64,000 nucleotides of DNA. It comes from Utricularia gibba. Its lineage: Eukaryota > Plantae > Magnoliophyta. The stretch is taken from positions 4,836,001 to 4,900,000 of the forward strand of contig CM007990.1 in NCBI GenBank assembly GCA_002189035.1, written 5' to 3'. Of the stretch, positions 37,343 through 50,125 are shown piece after piece. A program made the translations under genes and the position numbers. Positions within the stretch are counted from its first letter, which is position 1. Each line of letters opens with the position of its first letter. The notes beneath the pieces were generated by a model that was given only the letters and a program-made list of their open reading frames with translations, made no database searches and was not told the DNA's origin.

Positions 37343-38904
37343 ATGCTTCCCATAACCTCCTCGGCGGCACCCGCCGTTTCTCGTCAGGGGCGCCTCCACT
37401 TGTGGACGGTGGTCATCATCTTCGCTCTAATTTCCAACGTGAGAGATCCCGAACTCGGTTTTGTTTCCTGGACTGAATGAAGTAGCTTACTTTTCTATGT
37501 GATAATGGATACAGGTGGTAAGGGTCGGAGGAGGAGTTCATTCTGGTAAACCCGAGGATCATCTGTTAACTCCTAGAGCTTATCTCCTTCGTTACTGGGA
37601 AGAGCATGTCGCTGGTGGCTTACCCAAATCGGAGTTCTTGATGGATAAGGCGTCGCCCCTCACGGCGGCGCAGTACGCTGAGTTCTTAAAGGTCTCCGAT
37701 GATCCGAAAGCCCTGTCGGAGCGGTTGCCGGAGCTTTGTTCACAGGCTAACCTCATGTGCTTTCCCGATTCTAAGGAAAGTGTTAAGAACACATCATTGG
37801 TTATCGCTTTCATTCTCTACAACGAGTACAGCAGGGGCGGCTCTCAGAAAAATCAAAAGGTAACAAGCGAAGTTTCTTCTTCAGCTGGTTGAAGTAATTA
37901 CAGGATTTTAATTTTATAATTTAAAATAAATAAATCTTTTTTGTAAGAAAAAAACATTTATTCTTATTTGAATTATTTTTCTTCCATCTATTATCAGGAA
38001 AATATAAACCCAGAATTACTGGATGTCGACTTCCAGAATTACAACAAAGGAGGTCCTAAGAAGGTATTGAAATTACGCTGCAGATTATTGAAATTGTATT
38101 TTATGTGGAAAAAAAATGCATTTTTTTCATATTTCAAAGTTGGTATATTGTTTTGGACAGCCGGAGAAGCCGATATACTCCGGCACCAAATTCAAACGCT
38201 ACAACGAGTACCACAAGAACGCGGACGGCAACAACCGGGTACCGCCGGGCATATTCTTCAGGGAGGCGGCGCTGAAATCCGGGGCCCCGATGCTCATGCC
38301 GGACTTCATAGACAGAAAGCCCATAAGGTCATTTCTGCCGCGCCGCATCATCTCTAAGCTACCGTTCTCCTCCGACAAGATATCCGATATCAAGTTTATT
38401 TTTCACGCGCAAGACGACTCAAGCAAGTCCAAAATGTTCACGGAGGCAATCGAGGATTGCGAGCGAGCCCCTAACCGGGGCGAGACGAAGCGATGCGTGG
38501 CGTCGATCGAGGACATGATCGACTTCGCCACAATCGTCCTTGGCCGAGACGTGGTTGTTCGAACCATGGATGGTGCAGCAGGCTCCAATGCCACGGTGCT
38601 ACTGGGTAACGTCAGAGGAATCAACGGTGGAAGAGTGACCAAGTCCGTTTCGTGCCATCAAACCCTTTATCCCTACTTGCTCTACTACTGCCACTCCGTT
38701 AATGGCATTCGGGTCTATGAATCCGACCTCCTTGATCTGAAAACGAAGGCCAAGATCAACCATGGGGTTGCTGTTTGTCATGAGGATACTTCTTCCTGGA
38801 GCTCGAACCATCCGGCTTTCGCCGCCCTGGGCTCCGCCCCGGGTGAGATCGAGGTCTGTCATTGGATCTTTCAGAATGATCTGACATGGGTGGTTGCAGA
38901 CTGA
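37343..38904 (+). CDS. BURP copy G (~416 aa), close paralog of E
   Basis: Exons 37343-37438, 37515-37859, 37998-38063, 38161-38904; same structure as E. Confidence 0.88.
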
Positions 38905-39189
38905 GCGCAAGAATGTAGAAATAAATAAGTCTTGTGTTGCTTCACTGAAAGCTCAAGCTCCCAATGTGGTGTATGATTAAAAATATCAATGAATTAAATA
39001 TTTAAGAGATATTGAGGATGATGATGGCCACATGTGACCTGCGCAATCAACGTTTCAATGCCCGGCTTCGCGACAAGAATCAACAGAGGACATGACAGCC
39101 CTTGGAGACTGCCCCCCACCTAAAGCAAATTAATTGGAGAGCCTGTCGCGAGCAACGCTCAGTTGCTTTCTTCATTTCTTCACCCAGCT

Positions 39190-40673
39190 ATGGCGTCTGA
39201 TCATCCACTCCACCGCCGCCTGATGTGGCTGTTGGCCTTCGCCGTACCTCTAATTTCCCATGTAAGGAATCATAAGCTTCCACGCTTTGCTCATCTGTTA
39301 GTTGCACAACTAGTTGCACGGTGTTTAACCAAAACACAAATATTATCCTGAAGGTGGGAAGGGTCGCCGGAGGAGGAGAGAAAATTCCGTCGACGCCTAA
39401 AGCTTATCTGTTTAGTTACTGGGAAAAGCATGTCACCAACGATGCACCGCTCTCGGGGTTCTTGCTGGATAAGGCGTCACCGCTCACGGCGGCGCAGTTC
39501 GCCGAATTCCGTAAGATTGCCGATGACCCGAAAGCCCTGTCGCAACGACTGCCGGTGTTCTGCGCACAGGCGAACCTCATGTGTTTCAAACACCACGAGG
39601 ACTCCCCAGAACTGGAAGATCAAAAGGTAAAAAGCAGCTTGTGTATAAATTCATTTTTTAATTCCTTCTGTTTTCTTGAGCATGTTTATTTTTAAAACAG
39701 GAAAATAAAACGCCTCAATTCCAGACATACAACCAAAAGGGAGGCAGTAAAGAGGTAAACACGTTGAAATCGTGCATTTATTACAAAATTCAAATTTAAA
39801 TATTAATAAAATAATAATTTATAATAGCGAAATGAATTTAGTTAATTATTTTTTGACAAATATTTTTGTTTAATTTGTACTTAAAGTGCAAAGCCGTGTT
39901 CTGAATAGGGACATGAAAAGCCTCCGGCGGACTTTCCTCCGCAGTTCAAAGAATACAACCACTACCACAAGGACTTCGAAGGCTACAAGGGGATAAACAA
40001 GCCGGCGGCGCCGCCGGGGATATTCTTCCGGGAGGCCATGTTGAAACCCGGTACCCAGTTGCGGATGCCGGATTTTATCGATCAGAAGCCCAGAAGGTCA
40101 TTCTTGCCCCGCGCCATCGTCTCGAAGCTGCCCTTCGCCTCCTCCAAGATCTCCGAAATCAGAACTATTTTTCACGCTGCGAATGACTCAAGCATGTCCA
40201 AAATGATCTCCGACGCGACCCAGGGCTGCGAGCGTGTCCCCAACCGAGGCGAAACCAAGCGGTGCGTGGCGTCGATCGAGGACATGATCGACTTCGCCAC
40301 CTTCATCCTGGGCCGAAACGCGGAAGTTCGAACCATGGATACCCCGGCCGGCTCCAATGGCGTGATCTTACTGGGAGACGTGAAAGGGATCAATGGTGGA
40401 GAAGTGACCAACTCAGTCTCGTGTCATCAGACACTCTATCCGTACCTGCTCTACTACTGCCACTCTGTCAATTTCGTCCGGGTCTACGAAGCCGACATCC
40501 TGGATCCTAAAACGAAGTCCCAGGTTAACCATGGCGTTGCCATCTGCCATGAGGATACTTCTTCCTGGAGCCCCGACCACGCAGCCTTCCAGGCACTGCG
40601 CTCCAGCCCGGGAAAGACAGAGGTCTGCCATTGGATCTTCCAGAACGATCTGATTTGGGTTGCTGCAGATTGA
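39190..40673 (+). CDS. BURP copy H (~387 aa)
   Basis: Exons 39190-39261, 39354-39626, 39701-39754, 39909-40673, all phase 0. Cores FQTY, FKEYNHY, FEGY; intact BURP domain. Confidence 0.87.
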
Positions 40674-42516
40674 GTGCACAAGCACAGAGAAACGATCATG
40701 GAGTCCGCTTATCTCAGAATAATCGTGGTTTCATTGTATCTGGTCTCCAAGGAAACCATGCGTGTGTGGTGCTGCTTGCCTTCCCTATGCTAAATACATA
40801 CTTTACGAATACCCCTATCCATTCTTCAAGCCCTTAATGAGGCTTGCCTTGCGTATGCTAAATATATAGTTAACCCTAATCAATGTTTTTTCACATTGAC
40901 ATTTAGATATTAATAATTTTTTTAATTTAATTGTGGTATTTGATAAATTAATTTTTTTAATTATGATTATATTAATTTATATAATATGTATATATTTTAA
41001 AATAATACAGCATAATAATCGGATTCCTGAATCTCAACAATTGGATCGGGCCACATACACACTACTCAACAACCAACTAAACCAGAAACAGGCCCACGTA
41101 CGTTAGGGGCCCATTGAGCCTGGTTTTGCTTGCGCGGATTGTCCGGCCCATGAGCCCAAAAAACACGACTGATAAATGATGTTTTTGAGAAAACGTAAAC
41201 CCAAAAATAACTATCCTTTAGTATATATAGACCATAGGCTGGGCCCCGCCTGAGACGTAGGCGGGGCCCCTCCACAATGATCACTATCGTTGGGCTAAGG
41301 GCCACGTTTTGAAAATCCCAGGAATTGATTTCTTGATGACTTTGTTAATAGCGTTTTAAAGCAGGTTATTAATTAATTCCGACATTAAAAAATTGTATTT
41401 ATAAATCGAAAAACAATGAACTTGCGAGTTCAGAGAACGTTTTGTGATACTTTCGTGTTAGGGTTTGAAAATTGGGGAGGAGCAAAGGGCATAATCACAC
41501 TGCGACGAGGTCAATGCGAGTGCGATTAAAGGGTGCTTTGGGTTTGATTAAAGGCGTTAGCGTTTTCGAGGTGCGGTGGAGAATGTGCAGATTTTCCAAA
41601 GCGACAAAAATGGCGCCTTGCAGCCGGTGTGTCTCCGCGGCGGAGAGAGGATTCAGGCACCGTATTTCAGTTTTGCCATTGATTACTAATTTAAATGATA
41701 TGTGAAGCTTCTTGATTATTGAGTAAATGGAATTTTCATTAAAGACGAAAGCGAAACGACAACTATGGGGACAAGGTAAAAGCACTTGGCTCCCCACCAC
41801 TATTTATTGTTCTTTCTTGCTTTTTGGCCTGCTAGACATGCTCCTCCTGCAGCGCATCTTTTCAGTCAAAATCGCTGAATATTGAGCGTTTCCCCAGTTT
41901 TTTTTCCTTTGTTTTTAAATTCAGTGTGTGGAATTTGAACAAAGGTGAACTTTTTCCTGGAAAAAAGAAAAGGTTTTTGGGGGTGCAGTCCACATCTTGC
42001 GACAGGTTTGATGCCTTGCACTGTTGCAGCAGCGTATTGGTATTGGATGCCAAAATGCTGCAAATACGATCACATGTGCTGCCCAGAGCATTATACACGA
42101 TACAGTAAGGGGGTGTGAGTGCGATGCTAATCTTGAGAGGAGTGCGACGTTTCCTTTGAAGGGTCGCTGAGGTTGAAGTTTCAAATGCCTTCTTTGCCAT
42201 CATTATTGGAGGGGAAGGCTTTGGGATTTTCTTAAACCCTGAACGGGTTCAGATAATTCAAGGAATTCGGATTCCCAGATCTCAAAATTTCCTGTCTCTG
42301 CTGTCTTTATTACCTGGCATCTCTCATTTGTGTTGTTTATAGCTTCTTCACGGTTCTCTCCAATCTTCTCCAAGGAACTCTGTTGTTTTTGTTCAATATT
42401 GCATCTGGGTTTCCGATATCTGCATTCAGGGAAAACGTTTATTAGAAAGGTGATCCTATTTTGACAAACACAAGGTGATTCATGTAAAACAGGACAACTT
42501 TCTTGAGTTGGCTGGG

Positions 42517-45248
42517 ATGGGGAAACTCATTTCCTTTCTTCTAAGGATTAGTTTCCTAGTTTTAGTAGCTACTGAGAGCACCTATTCCACCCTCTCGCCC
42601 TCGGGGTGAACTATGAAGGTTAGCTTCTTCTTCTTCCGAGTTTCTGGTCGTTTCTTATCAGTAAAGTTTCTATGAATTTTTCCCTCGAGCGCACAGTTCT
42701 TCGAGTACCTGTGTTTTGTCTGCAATAATTGGCAGCAATTGTGAGCTTCGTGTTAACTGCTTGCAGTTGTTGCTTTGATTTCAATCAAGAATGACTTGCG
42801 TGATCCTTACAACGTCCTGGAGAGTTGGGATGCTAACTCTGTAGATCCATGCAGCTGGAGGACTATTACTTGTTCACCAGATGGATATGTTTTTGCTCTG
42901 TAAGAAAGCTGCTTATCAATTAGAAAAATATTTTCGAGTTCCTAGTTAATCTACAGTGGAATGATGCTGCTTCTCCCTTTCAGAGAGATGCCTAGCCTGA
43001 GTTTGTCCGGAATCATATCAACAGGAATAGGAAATCTCACGCGTTTGCAATCTGTGTAAGATTCCCTTGTTTCCAGTATTTGTTTAAATTGATTTACATT
43101 GATGGCTAGGGCCATTGCAGGTCACTGCAGAACAATGAAATCTCAGGTCCAATTCCTGATGTTATCGGGAAGCTGGAGAAGCTTCAGACTCTTGATCTCT
43201 CAAACAACAAGCTCACTGGAGAAATTCCATCTTCTCTTGGAGATCTCACGAGTTTGAAGTATCTGTGAGTAACGTAGATTTGGAGTTTAAATCATTCTCA
43301 ACATGAAGATTGCTCTCATGTGCTTGTCTTTCCTTGAGCAAGTCAGGCGGCTGAACAATAACACTCTTACCGGGCCCATTCCCGCTACTCTTTCTAAAGT
43401 CCAAAGCCTCACACTTTTGTACGTGGTTTCTTTTGGCTTACCCGATTTATACTGTTCGATTCGCTTTTTGACCTCGCATTACGAACTGTAGTTCAGTAAT
43501 AGAGTATCTCACGTATTACTGTCCATGAATTGCTGCAGAGATCTTTCTTTCAATAATCTTAGTGGATCGCCACCAAGAGTTTCTGCTAGAACCTTCAAGT
43601 GAGTCATCCCCTTCCTTTCTGTATTCTCTTTCTGTACTGATTATGGCTGGTTCATGCTTTTGCTTTGCTTTTAGAGTTAATGGAAATCCACTTATCTGTG
43701 GGATTAGTTCTCCAGACAACTGCACAGTTGTGTACCCTGAACCATTATCCTTTCCCCCAGACGCTTTAAAAAGTAAGTAGCTGGATTTACAGAGGTACTC
43801 CAATGTTTTTTGTATTTACTTGTTGGGTTTTCAGGTCCATCGGAGTCCAGATCGAAACATCTTGTTACCATTGCTATTAGTGCAAGCATCGCTGGTTTCC
43901 TCTCCATTGTATTGCTTGGCTTGTTTGTCTGGTGGGGGTTCAGACGGAATCAACAAATAGTCTTCGATGATCACGGTATGCTGTCGAAGTCATTCAAATT
44001 CTTCAATCCTTCGATTGTTCTGTAAAATTTTTTTCTTTTTGGCAGATCAATCCGACCCAGAAATACGTTTAGGTCATCTGAGAAGATTTAGTTTCAAGGA
44101 GCTGAAGGCAGCAACGGATAATTTCAACTCCAAAAACATTCTCGGAAGGGGAGGATTCGGTACTGTATACAAAGGACGGCTTGGCAATGGCACAGTGGTT
44201 GCGGTAAAAAGATTAAACGACTTCAACGCTGTCGGTGGCGAAGCCCAGTTTCAGACAGAAGTAGAGCTTATCAGTTTAGCAGTCCACAGAAATCTTCTTC
44301 GTCTCTGGGGCTTCTGCTCCACGGAGAACGAGCGCCTCCTCGTTTACCCGTATCTGCCTAATGGTAGCGTTGCGTCAAGACTAAGAGGTGATTGCTTGAT
44401 CTCAGTTCACTTGGACAAGAATATGAACTTTAACATGTGATGTCTGGTTTGTCTGAGTTTTCAGATCAGAGTCACGGGCGGCCGATTTTGGATTGGCCGA
44501 GGAGGAAGAGTATTGCCCTTGGAACTGCACGGGGCCTCGTTTATTTGCATGAACAATGTGACCCCAAAATCATTCACCGTGATGTGAAAGCAGCCAACAT
44601 TTTGTTAGAAGAGGATTTCGAGCCGGTGGTCGGAGATTTTGGTTTAGCCAAGCTTTTGGACCACCGGGACTCTCATGTCACCACTGCAGTCCGTGGCACT
44701 GTCGGCCATATCGCGCCAGAGTATCTCTCCACCGGCCAATCATCTGAAAAAACTGATGTCTTCGGGTTTGGAATCCTACTCCTGGAACTCATCACCGGCC
44801 AGAAAGCTGTTGATTTCGGACGTGGGGCGAGCCAGAAAGGCGCCATTCTCGACTGGGTATGTTTGTTCTATCGCTACTTCAAACCCAGGCACCAAAATCC
44901 CTTCAATACTTGATTTTGTGGTTCATTCAGGTAAGAAAGCTTCACCAGGATGGGAAACTGAATCTGATGGTGGATAAAGAACTGAAGAACGACTTCGATG
45001 GTATGGAGCTGGAAGAAATGGTGCGGGTGGCCCTCCTGTGCACACAATTCGATCCTTCTTACAGGCCGAAGATGTCCGAGGTTTTGAGAATGCTTGAAGG
45101 CGATGGGCTTGCCGAGAAATGGGAGCAATCCCTGAGTGTAGAAGAGAGCCCACGGCAGCGGTCGTTTAACTTGCCGCCGGAACGGTATTCCGATTACTTC
45201 GAGGAGTCGTCCATGGTCGAGGCTATGGAACTGTCGGGCCCGAGATAG
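42517..45248 (+). CDS. NIK3: LRR receptor-like kinase, subfamily II (NIK3-like), ~624 aa; 1-nt deletion in exon 1 as assembled
   Basis: Eleven exons: 42517-42618, 42767-42899, 42984-43055, 43121-43264, 43347-43418, 43539-43598, 43675-43772, 43835-43975, 44046-44387, 44465-44856, 44931-45248. TLSPSG(V)[14 protein letters not shown], LRRs, TM, kinase motifs HRDVKAAN and [17 protein letters not shown]4 at 42603-42606 needs G5 to stay in frame. Confidence 0.9.
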
Positions 45249-45656
45249 ATATAGCTTATGCCCCCTTGTTTTGTACACAACTTTGCAGTTGTGTAGTACG
45301 AAGTTTAGCTTGTTTTTGAGGAAGGCGTGATGTGATCTGAGAATAGTTACTGTAAAAAGCATTGAATTAGAGGAAGCTTCTGGTTTTTCTGTTCGCCGTG
45401 CAGCAGCGGCAGGGACGACGAAGATGAAATGTGAACAAAAAAAAATATTCTTTTTTTGAGAAAAATGAAAGCCCATTGGGCGAACATCGGGCCTTGAATT
45501 ATCGGCTCAATATACGATGGGCTTAAAGGCCCAATCAGTACGTTTGAATGACCATCCGAGGATTTAAGACTGTGGTGCCCACTGCCCAGGAGCACCTTTC
45601 ATAAGCAGAGAACAGTTTCCATGGGGCGCGTCCGCGTACGGCGTATGGGTTCCCGG

Positions 45657-45668
45657 TGCCACGTGGCA
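45657..45668. promoter_or_regulatory. Palindromic G-box TGCCACGTGGCA upstream of the TBL gene
   Basis: Perfect 12-bp palindrome about 230 nt before ATG 45895. Confidence 0.45.
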
Positions 45669-45894
45669 GAGGCTCATCGTCGGTGAGGGTGATGTTACAA
45701 AGATGCCCCTTAACGTCCGCTCTCGAAGTGTCTCCTCCGTCTTCCTGCTTCTCCTCCACTAATTTTATGGTTACCACCATCGTTGTCTTTGCAGTGTATT
45801 TTTGTTCAAGCTCATCAAAGCAACAGACAGCCGACCTTCTTTATATTACCCGCATTCTTTGGATTTTGTAGAGTTTTCGGTGTACTTAGTCTAG

Positions 45895-48330
45895 ATGGTT
45901 ACCTTTTTTGCCGGTTTACCCAGAGCGGATTCAGATCAGTGGCTATCTTCGTTTAAGAGGAAGGCTGTTTCGCCGTTTAGTGTAGTGGTACTGTTGTCTT
46001 TCATAGTTGTGAGTGCAGTGTTGGTGAATGCGTCTTCCCGGACGCCTTTCCTTGACCCTTTGTTCCAGAGATTGAATAGCTTTGGTTCTCTGAGTAATCC
46101 CCCCTTGTTGCATTGGCCCTTTTCAGTTTCCTACACCGATTCAGGTAATGGTACTACTTCCGGAAGCGCTAATGTTTCTGAAATTGTTCAGACCGCTGGG
46201 AATCGTTCGGGTGAATTGAATCTCACGGTGGCAACAAGTTCGGATGGGAAAAAGGAGGTTTTTGATGATGCCCATGTGGGTGAAGTGGTTGATAAGCCTC
46301 AAGATGCACGCTTTTCCAATAATGGGTCGGAGTCTGCCAAGAGTTCAGTCATAGCAACTGCTAGCGAGTACAAGGGGGAGTCTTTGGACGCCCATTTGGG
46401 CGAATTGAATGAAGCGGCGCCAACAAGATCTGATGGCCAAAAGAAGGTTTTTGATAACCCTCAAAATGCCACCTTTGCAAATAACGGATCAGAATCTGCT
46501 CCAAATCCAGTCTTATCAAGTGGTAAAGAGAACGAAACCGATGCAGTGGACGCCGGTTCCGGTGAATTTTCAGTGAATGCGACGAATCCTACGGCTGCTG
46601 GTGATGGTAAGAGGAGCGAAGGAACTGAAACTCCGCCAGTCGTCACCAAATCTTTGAAGAACTGTGATTTGTTTGATGGTAGATGGGTGAAGGATGACAC
46701 ACTCCCATATTATCCTCCACTGTCCTGCCCTTACATCGATAAGGATTTCGATTGCCACCTTAATGGGAGACGGGATAATGAATTTGAGAAGTGGAGATGG
46801 CAACCATACGGCTGTGAAATTCCTAGGTACATCTTTTTTGTCTTTTTTGAACCACCAAGATATGTTTGACGTGGAGTAGACATACAAAAAGAATCCGATA
46901 CTGTCTCTGGTTTAAGATTGTGTTCACTTCCCATTCTACCTATTTCATGGTTGATCGAGTTTTCACACATTTGCTACTTCTAGTCACAACATGTTTTAGT
47001 GGTTCAGTAAGAATTTTGAAAGTTCTGCCTTAATGAAGAGCTGAGTCGCAGACTGGTATCTATCCCTTTGGATTCTTCTTTTATTGTGAAGTCAAGGATG
47101 TCTTAGTGGTTCAATATGTTTTTATACAAAAGTTGCTCTCTTAAATTAAAGTCCACTTTGTTGACTGAATGCTATGTGGTTAATAGGTTCAATGCTACTG
47201 ATTTTCTTGAGAGGCTGAGGGGGCAGAAGCTAGTGTTCGTTGGAGATTCTCTCAATAGGAACATGTGGGAGTCTCTTGTTTGCCTGCTTCGTCATGGTGT
47301 TGAGGATAAAAGCCGAGTGTATGAGATTTCTGGAAGACACGATTTCAAAAAGAAAGGTTTTTATGCATTCAGATACGAGGCATGATCATCTCTCACCCCA
47401 TACAAATTATCCGAAAAAGTGTTGCACTTCAGTTCTGTTGTCTAATCCTTCTGTCTTTATCTGGTTTTGCTTTCAGGATTACAACTGCTCCATAGACTTC
47501 GTCAGTTCTCCATTCCTTGTCAAGGAATCATCTTTCAAAGGGAAAAATGGTTCCTTTGAGACTCTCCGACTTGATCTAATGGACGACACGACACATATGT
47601 ATCATGATGCAGATGTTCTTATATTTAACACCGGCCACTGGTGGACTCATGAGAAAACTTCTCAAGGGTGAGTTCTTGAAATCAGTTGGTTCTTCTCAGT
47701 TGCAGTAGTTGCTTTTCAAAGTAGGGTGTTGAGTCTGTTTGTTTGTTTTTTAAGGGAAGACTACTACCAGGAAGGTAATCACGTTTATCCAAGATTGAAA
47801 GTTTTGGAAGCTTTCAAAAGGGCATTGACGACTTGGGCAAGATGGGTGGATAAGAACATCAAGAATAGCCATACCCAAGTGATTTTCAGAGGATTCTCTG
47901 TCACTCATTTCAGGTTAAAAAAGTCTTTTTTCTTCCTACTTATAGATTCACATTACTGAATTTTAACCCTTTTTCCTGATTGTATTGCAGGGGTGGACCT
48001 TGGAATTCAGGAGGGCAGTGCCACCAGGAGACTGAGCCCATATACAATGATGCATATTTAGCGAAGTACCCTTCGAAGATGAAGGTCCTGGAGTACGTGC
48101 TGAAGGATATGCATACCCCTGTTTCATATCTAAACATAAGCAAGCTTACAGATTACAGAAAGGATGCCCATCCTTCAATCTACCGGCCGGATTATCAATC
48201 TGCTCAACAAGAAATACATGCCGAAGACTGCAGTCATTGGTGCTTACCAGGTGTACCAGATTCATGGAATGAGCTGCTCTATGCTGCTCTGTTGAAGACT
48301 GGACGAGGATCTTGGACTTGGAAGGATTGA
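45895..48330 (+). CDS. Trichome birefringence-like (TBL; PMR5N + PC-esterase) polysaccharide O-acetyltransferase, TBR/TBL2-like, ~604 aa
   Basis: Exons 45895-46826, 47187-47379, 47477-47667, 47755-47913, 47991-48330. [12 protein letters not shown] and [12 protein letters not shown] motifs; intron 2 has a GC donor. Confidence 0.92.
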
Positions 48331-48592
48331 CATCCAATTTCTGTGGTTCTCTACGAGAAACACGGTCAATCTCTTAATCTTGTGCTATGTTGAGTAATTC
48401 TATTCATTCTATTATTGGAAGGCTATCCGTGATATGTTGCTGAGAAAGTGAAGGACCAGTAACTTTCAAGATTTTCAATCTCATATATATATGAAGAATC
48501 ATATCCACTGTACACCCCCTTGTTCTTGATTTTGAATTCTGGTCTCCGTTTGTGGAGAAACCACATATCGATATACAGCTCCGGAAGGAAAA

Positions 48593-49105
48593 ATGGCTTC
48601 CCAGATGGTCACCTGTGCCTTTGCTGTTGTACTGCTGCTGGTCATGGGGATCTCGAATAGTGACGCTGTGGGTCTCCCTGACGTCAATCCAATGTGCCGC
48701 ACCGCGACCCACAAGCGACTGTGCAACAGAATGGTGAATGGCGCCACCACCTTGGAAGGCGCCTCCATCAATGCAGTGAAAGCTGCCCTTGCGGCGGGAC
48801 GCCGTGCCCAGGCCAAGCTTGGTATGCTGCAGCCAGCCATCTCAACCATGGACAGCACGAGCCAGGACGCCGTCATGGGGACGTGCGTCGAGGGCTTCGA
48901 CCGTCTCGTCGACGACTTGCAGACGAGCCTCGAAGGCCTGCAGTCCAACGACAAAGGCACAGCGGTGACGCATCTCAGCGCAGCCTTGAGCAACGACTGC
49001 GACGATGCGCTGGCCGAGTTTCATGTCAACTCCCCGCTTGCAAAGTACACCACAATTCTAAACAGGCAGGTGGAAAACTGCTTGGCAGTCGTCCTGCAAA
49101 ACTAG
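48593..49105 (+). CDS. Pectin methylesterase/invertase inhibitor (PMEI domain), 170 aa
   Basis: Single exon, signal peptide, conserved Cys pattern (CRTATHKRLC, TCVEGF, LSAALSNDCDD). Confidence 0.85.
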   Translation: MASQMVTCAFAVVLLLVMGISNSDAVGLPDVNPMCRTATHKRLCNRMVNGATTLEGASINAVKAALAAGRRAQAKLGMLQPAISTMDSTSQDAVMGTCVEGFDRLVDDLQTSLEGLQSNDKGTAVTHLSAALSNDCDDALAEFHVNSPLAKYTTILNRQVENCLAVVLQN

Positions 49106-50125
49106 CGCCGTTCTATTCACATACATTAGGACAGAACCAGGCAGGCCTCTTCAAGGAACTCTGCGTCTTTTTAGTATAGCTCAGGTACTTACCTGGCAGA
49201 TTGCATGTCTCTTGTACTTCTCCATCATCTTTTCTAGTTAATGAAAGAAACAAGTATTGTTGGCCTGAGATTTTTTTTCCCAGTTCACAATAACAGACAT
49301 TGATGATTATTCCATACCTTTCCGCATCCTTTATGGCTGAGTTGTCAGCAGTGAAGGAAGAAGCAAGGTGATGGTTGCGAATGCATGCGTGTTAGCATCA
49401 TCATTGTTCTTCTGTTATATGCAGGGAATAAGAATCCAACAACCCCCCCTTTATTTTTCTGCTTCCCTGGTCCTCCTCCAGCTTCCCACTCGAGCACTTC
49501 CTGTTGTGGTGCTGGTAGGCTGCTTTGATTGAGCCATGGTAGTTTCTGTAGACAAATAGTAAGTTGAAATAAAAATCAATACAGAACAAAATAAAAGCTT
49601 TGCTTCATTATCTTTTCACCCATGGAGTTTATTTTAATTTACCAAGTGCTAATACAGAAGTCTAGTGTCTGATGAATTATGGGCTAATGCTTCACTTTGA
49701 AGGCAATTCTGTGGAAGACGGTGAAGTTAGGTATAAACTGTTGTGCAGTCCAACAAGCGTCTGAATGTGTGAAAGGAAAGGAGAAACGGGGGACAAAATG
49801 TTGAAAAAAAAAGAAAAGGAAAAAGAAAAGAAAAGAAGGTTTTGGGAAGTGTGAAAGCAAAGAAGACAAGCAAACTTTGGAATTTCAGAACACAAAATGA
49901 AAGCAACCACCACATTTGTTCCTATTATGACGTCTCAGTGTTTGTATTGCAAACAGGAAACATGCTCCTGGCTTCATGCACTCTCCTCATTCAATGATCT
50001 ACAGGAGCAGCTGTTTCTGGAATATAAAAAAACGAGTGAAGTTGAAAGAACCGAGCTCACATAGTTGATGGAAATGCTAGAAGTATGAAGAGAAGGAGGA
50101 GGTTGCTTCAGTGAGCACTTCTGGA

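Noticed and set aside
41241-41269. Hairpin as a Helitron 3' end
   Set aside because: No CTRR terminus at the expected distance on either strand and no matching 5' TC end found.
49186-49199. TACTTACCTGGCAG resembles the 5' end of U1 snRNA
   Set aside because: The match stops after 14 nt, with no U1 stem-loops or Sm site; better read as a minus-strand splice donor.
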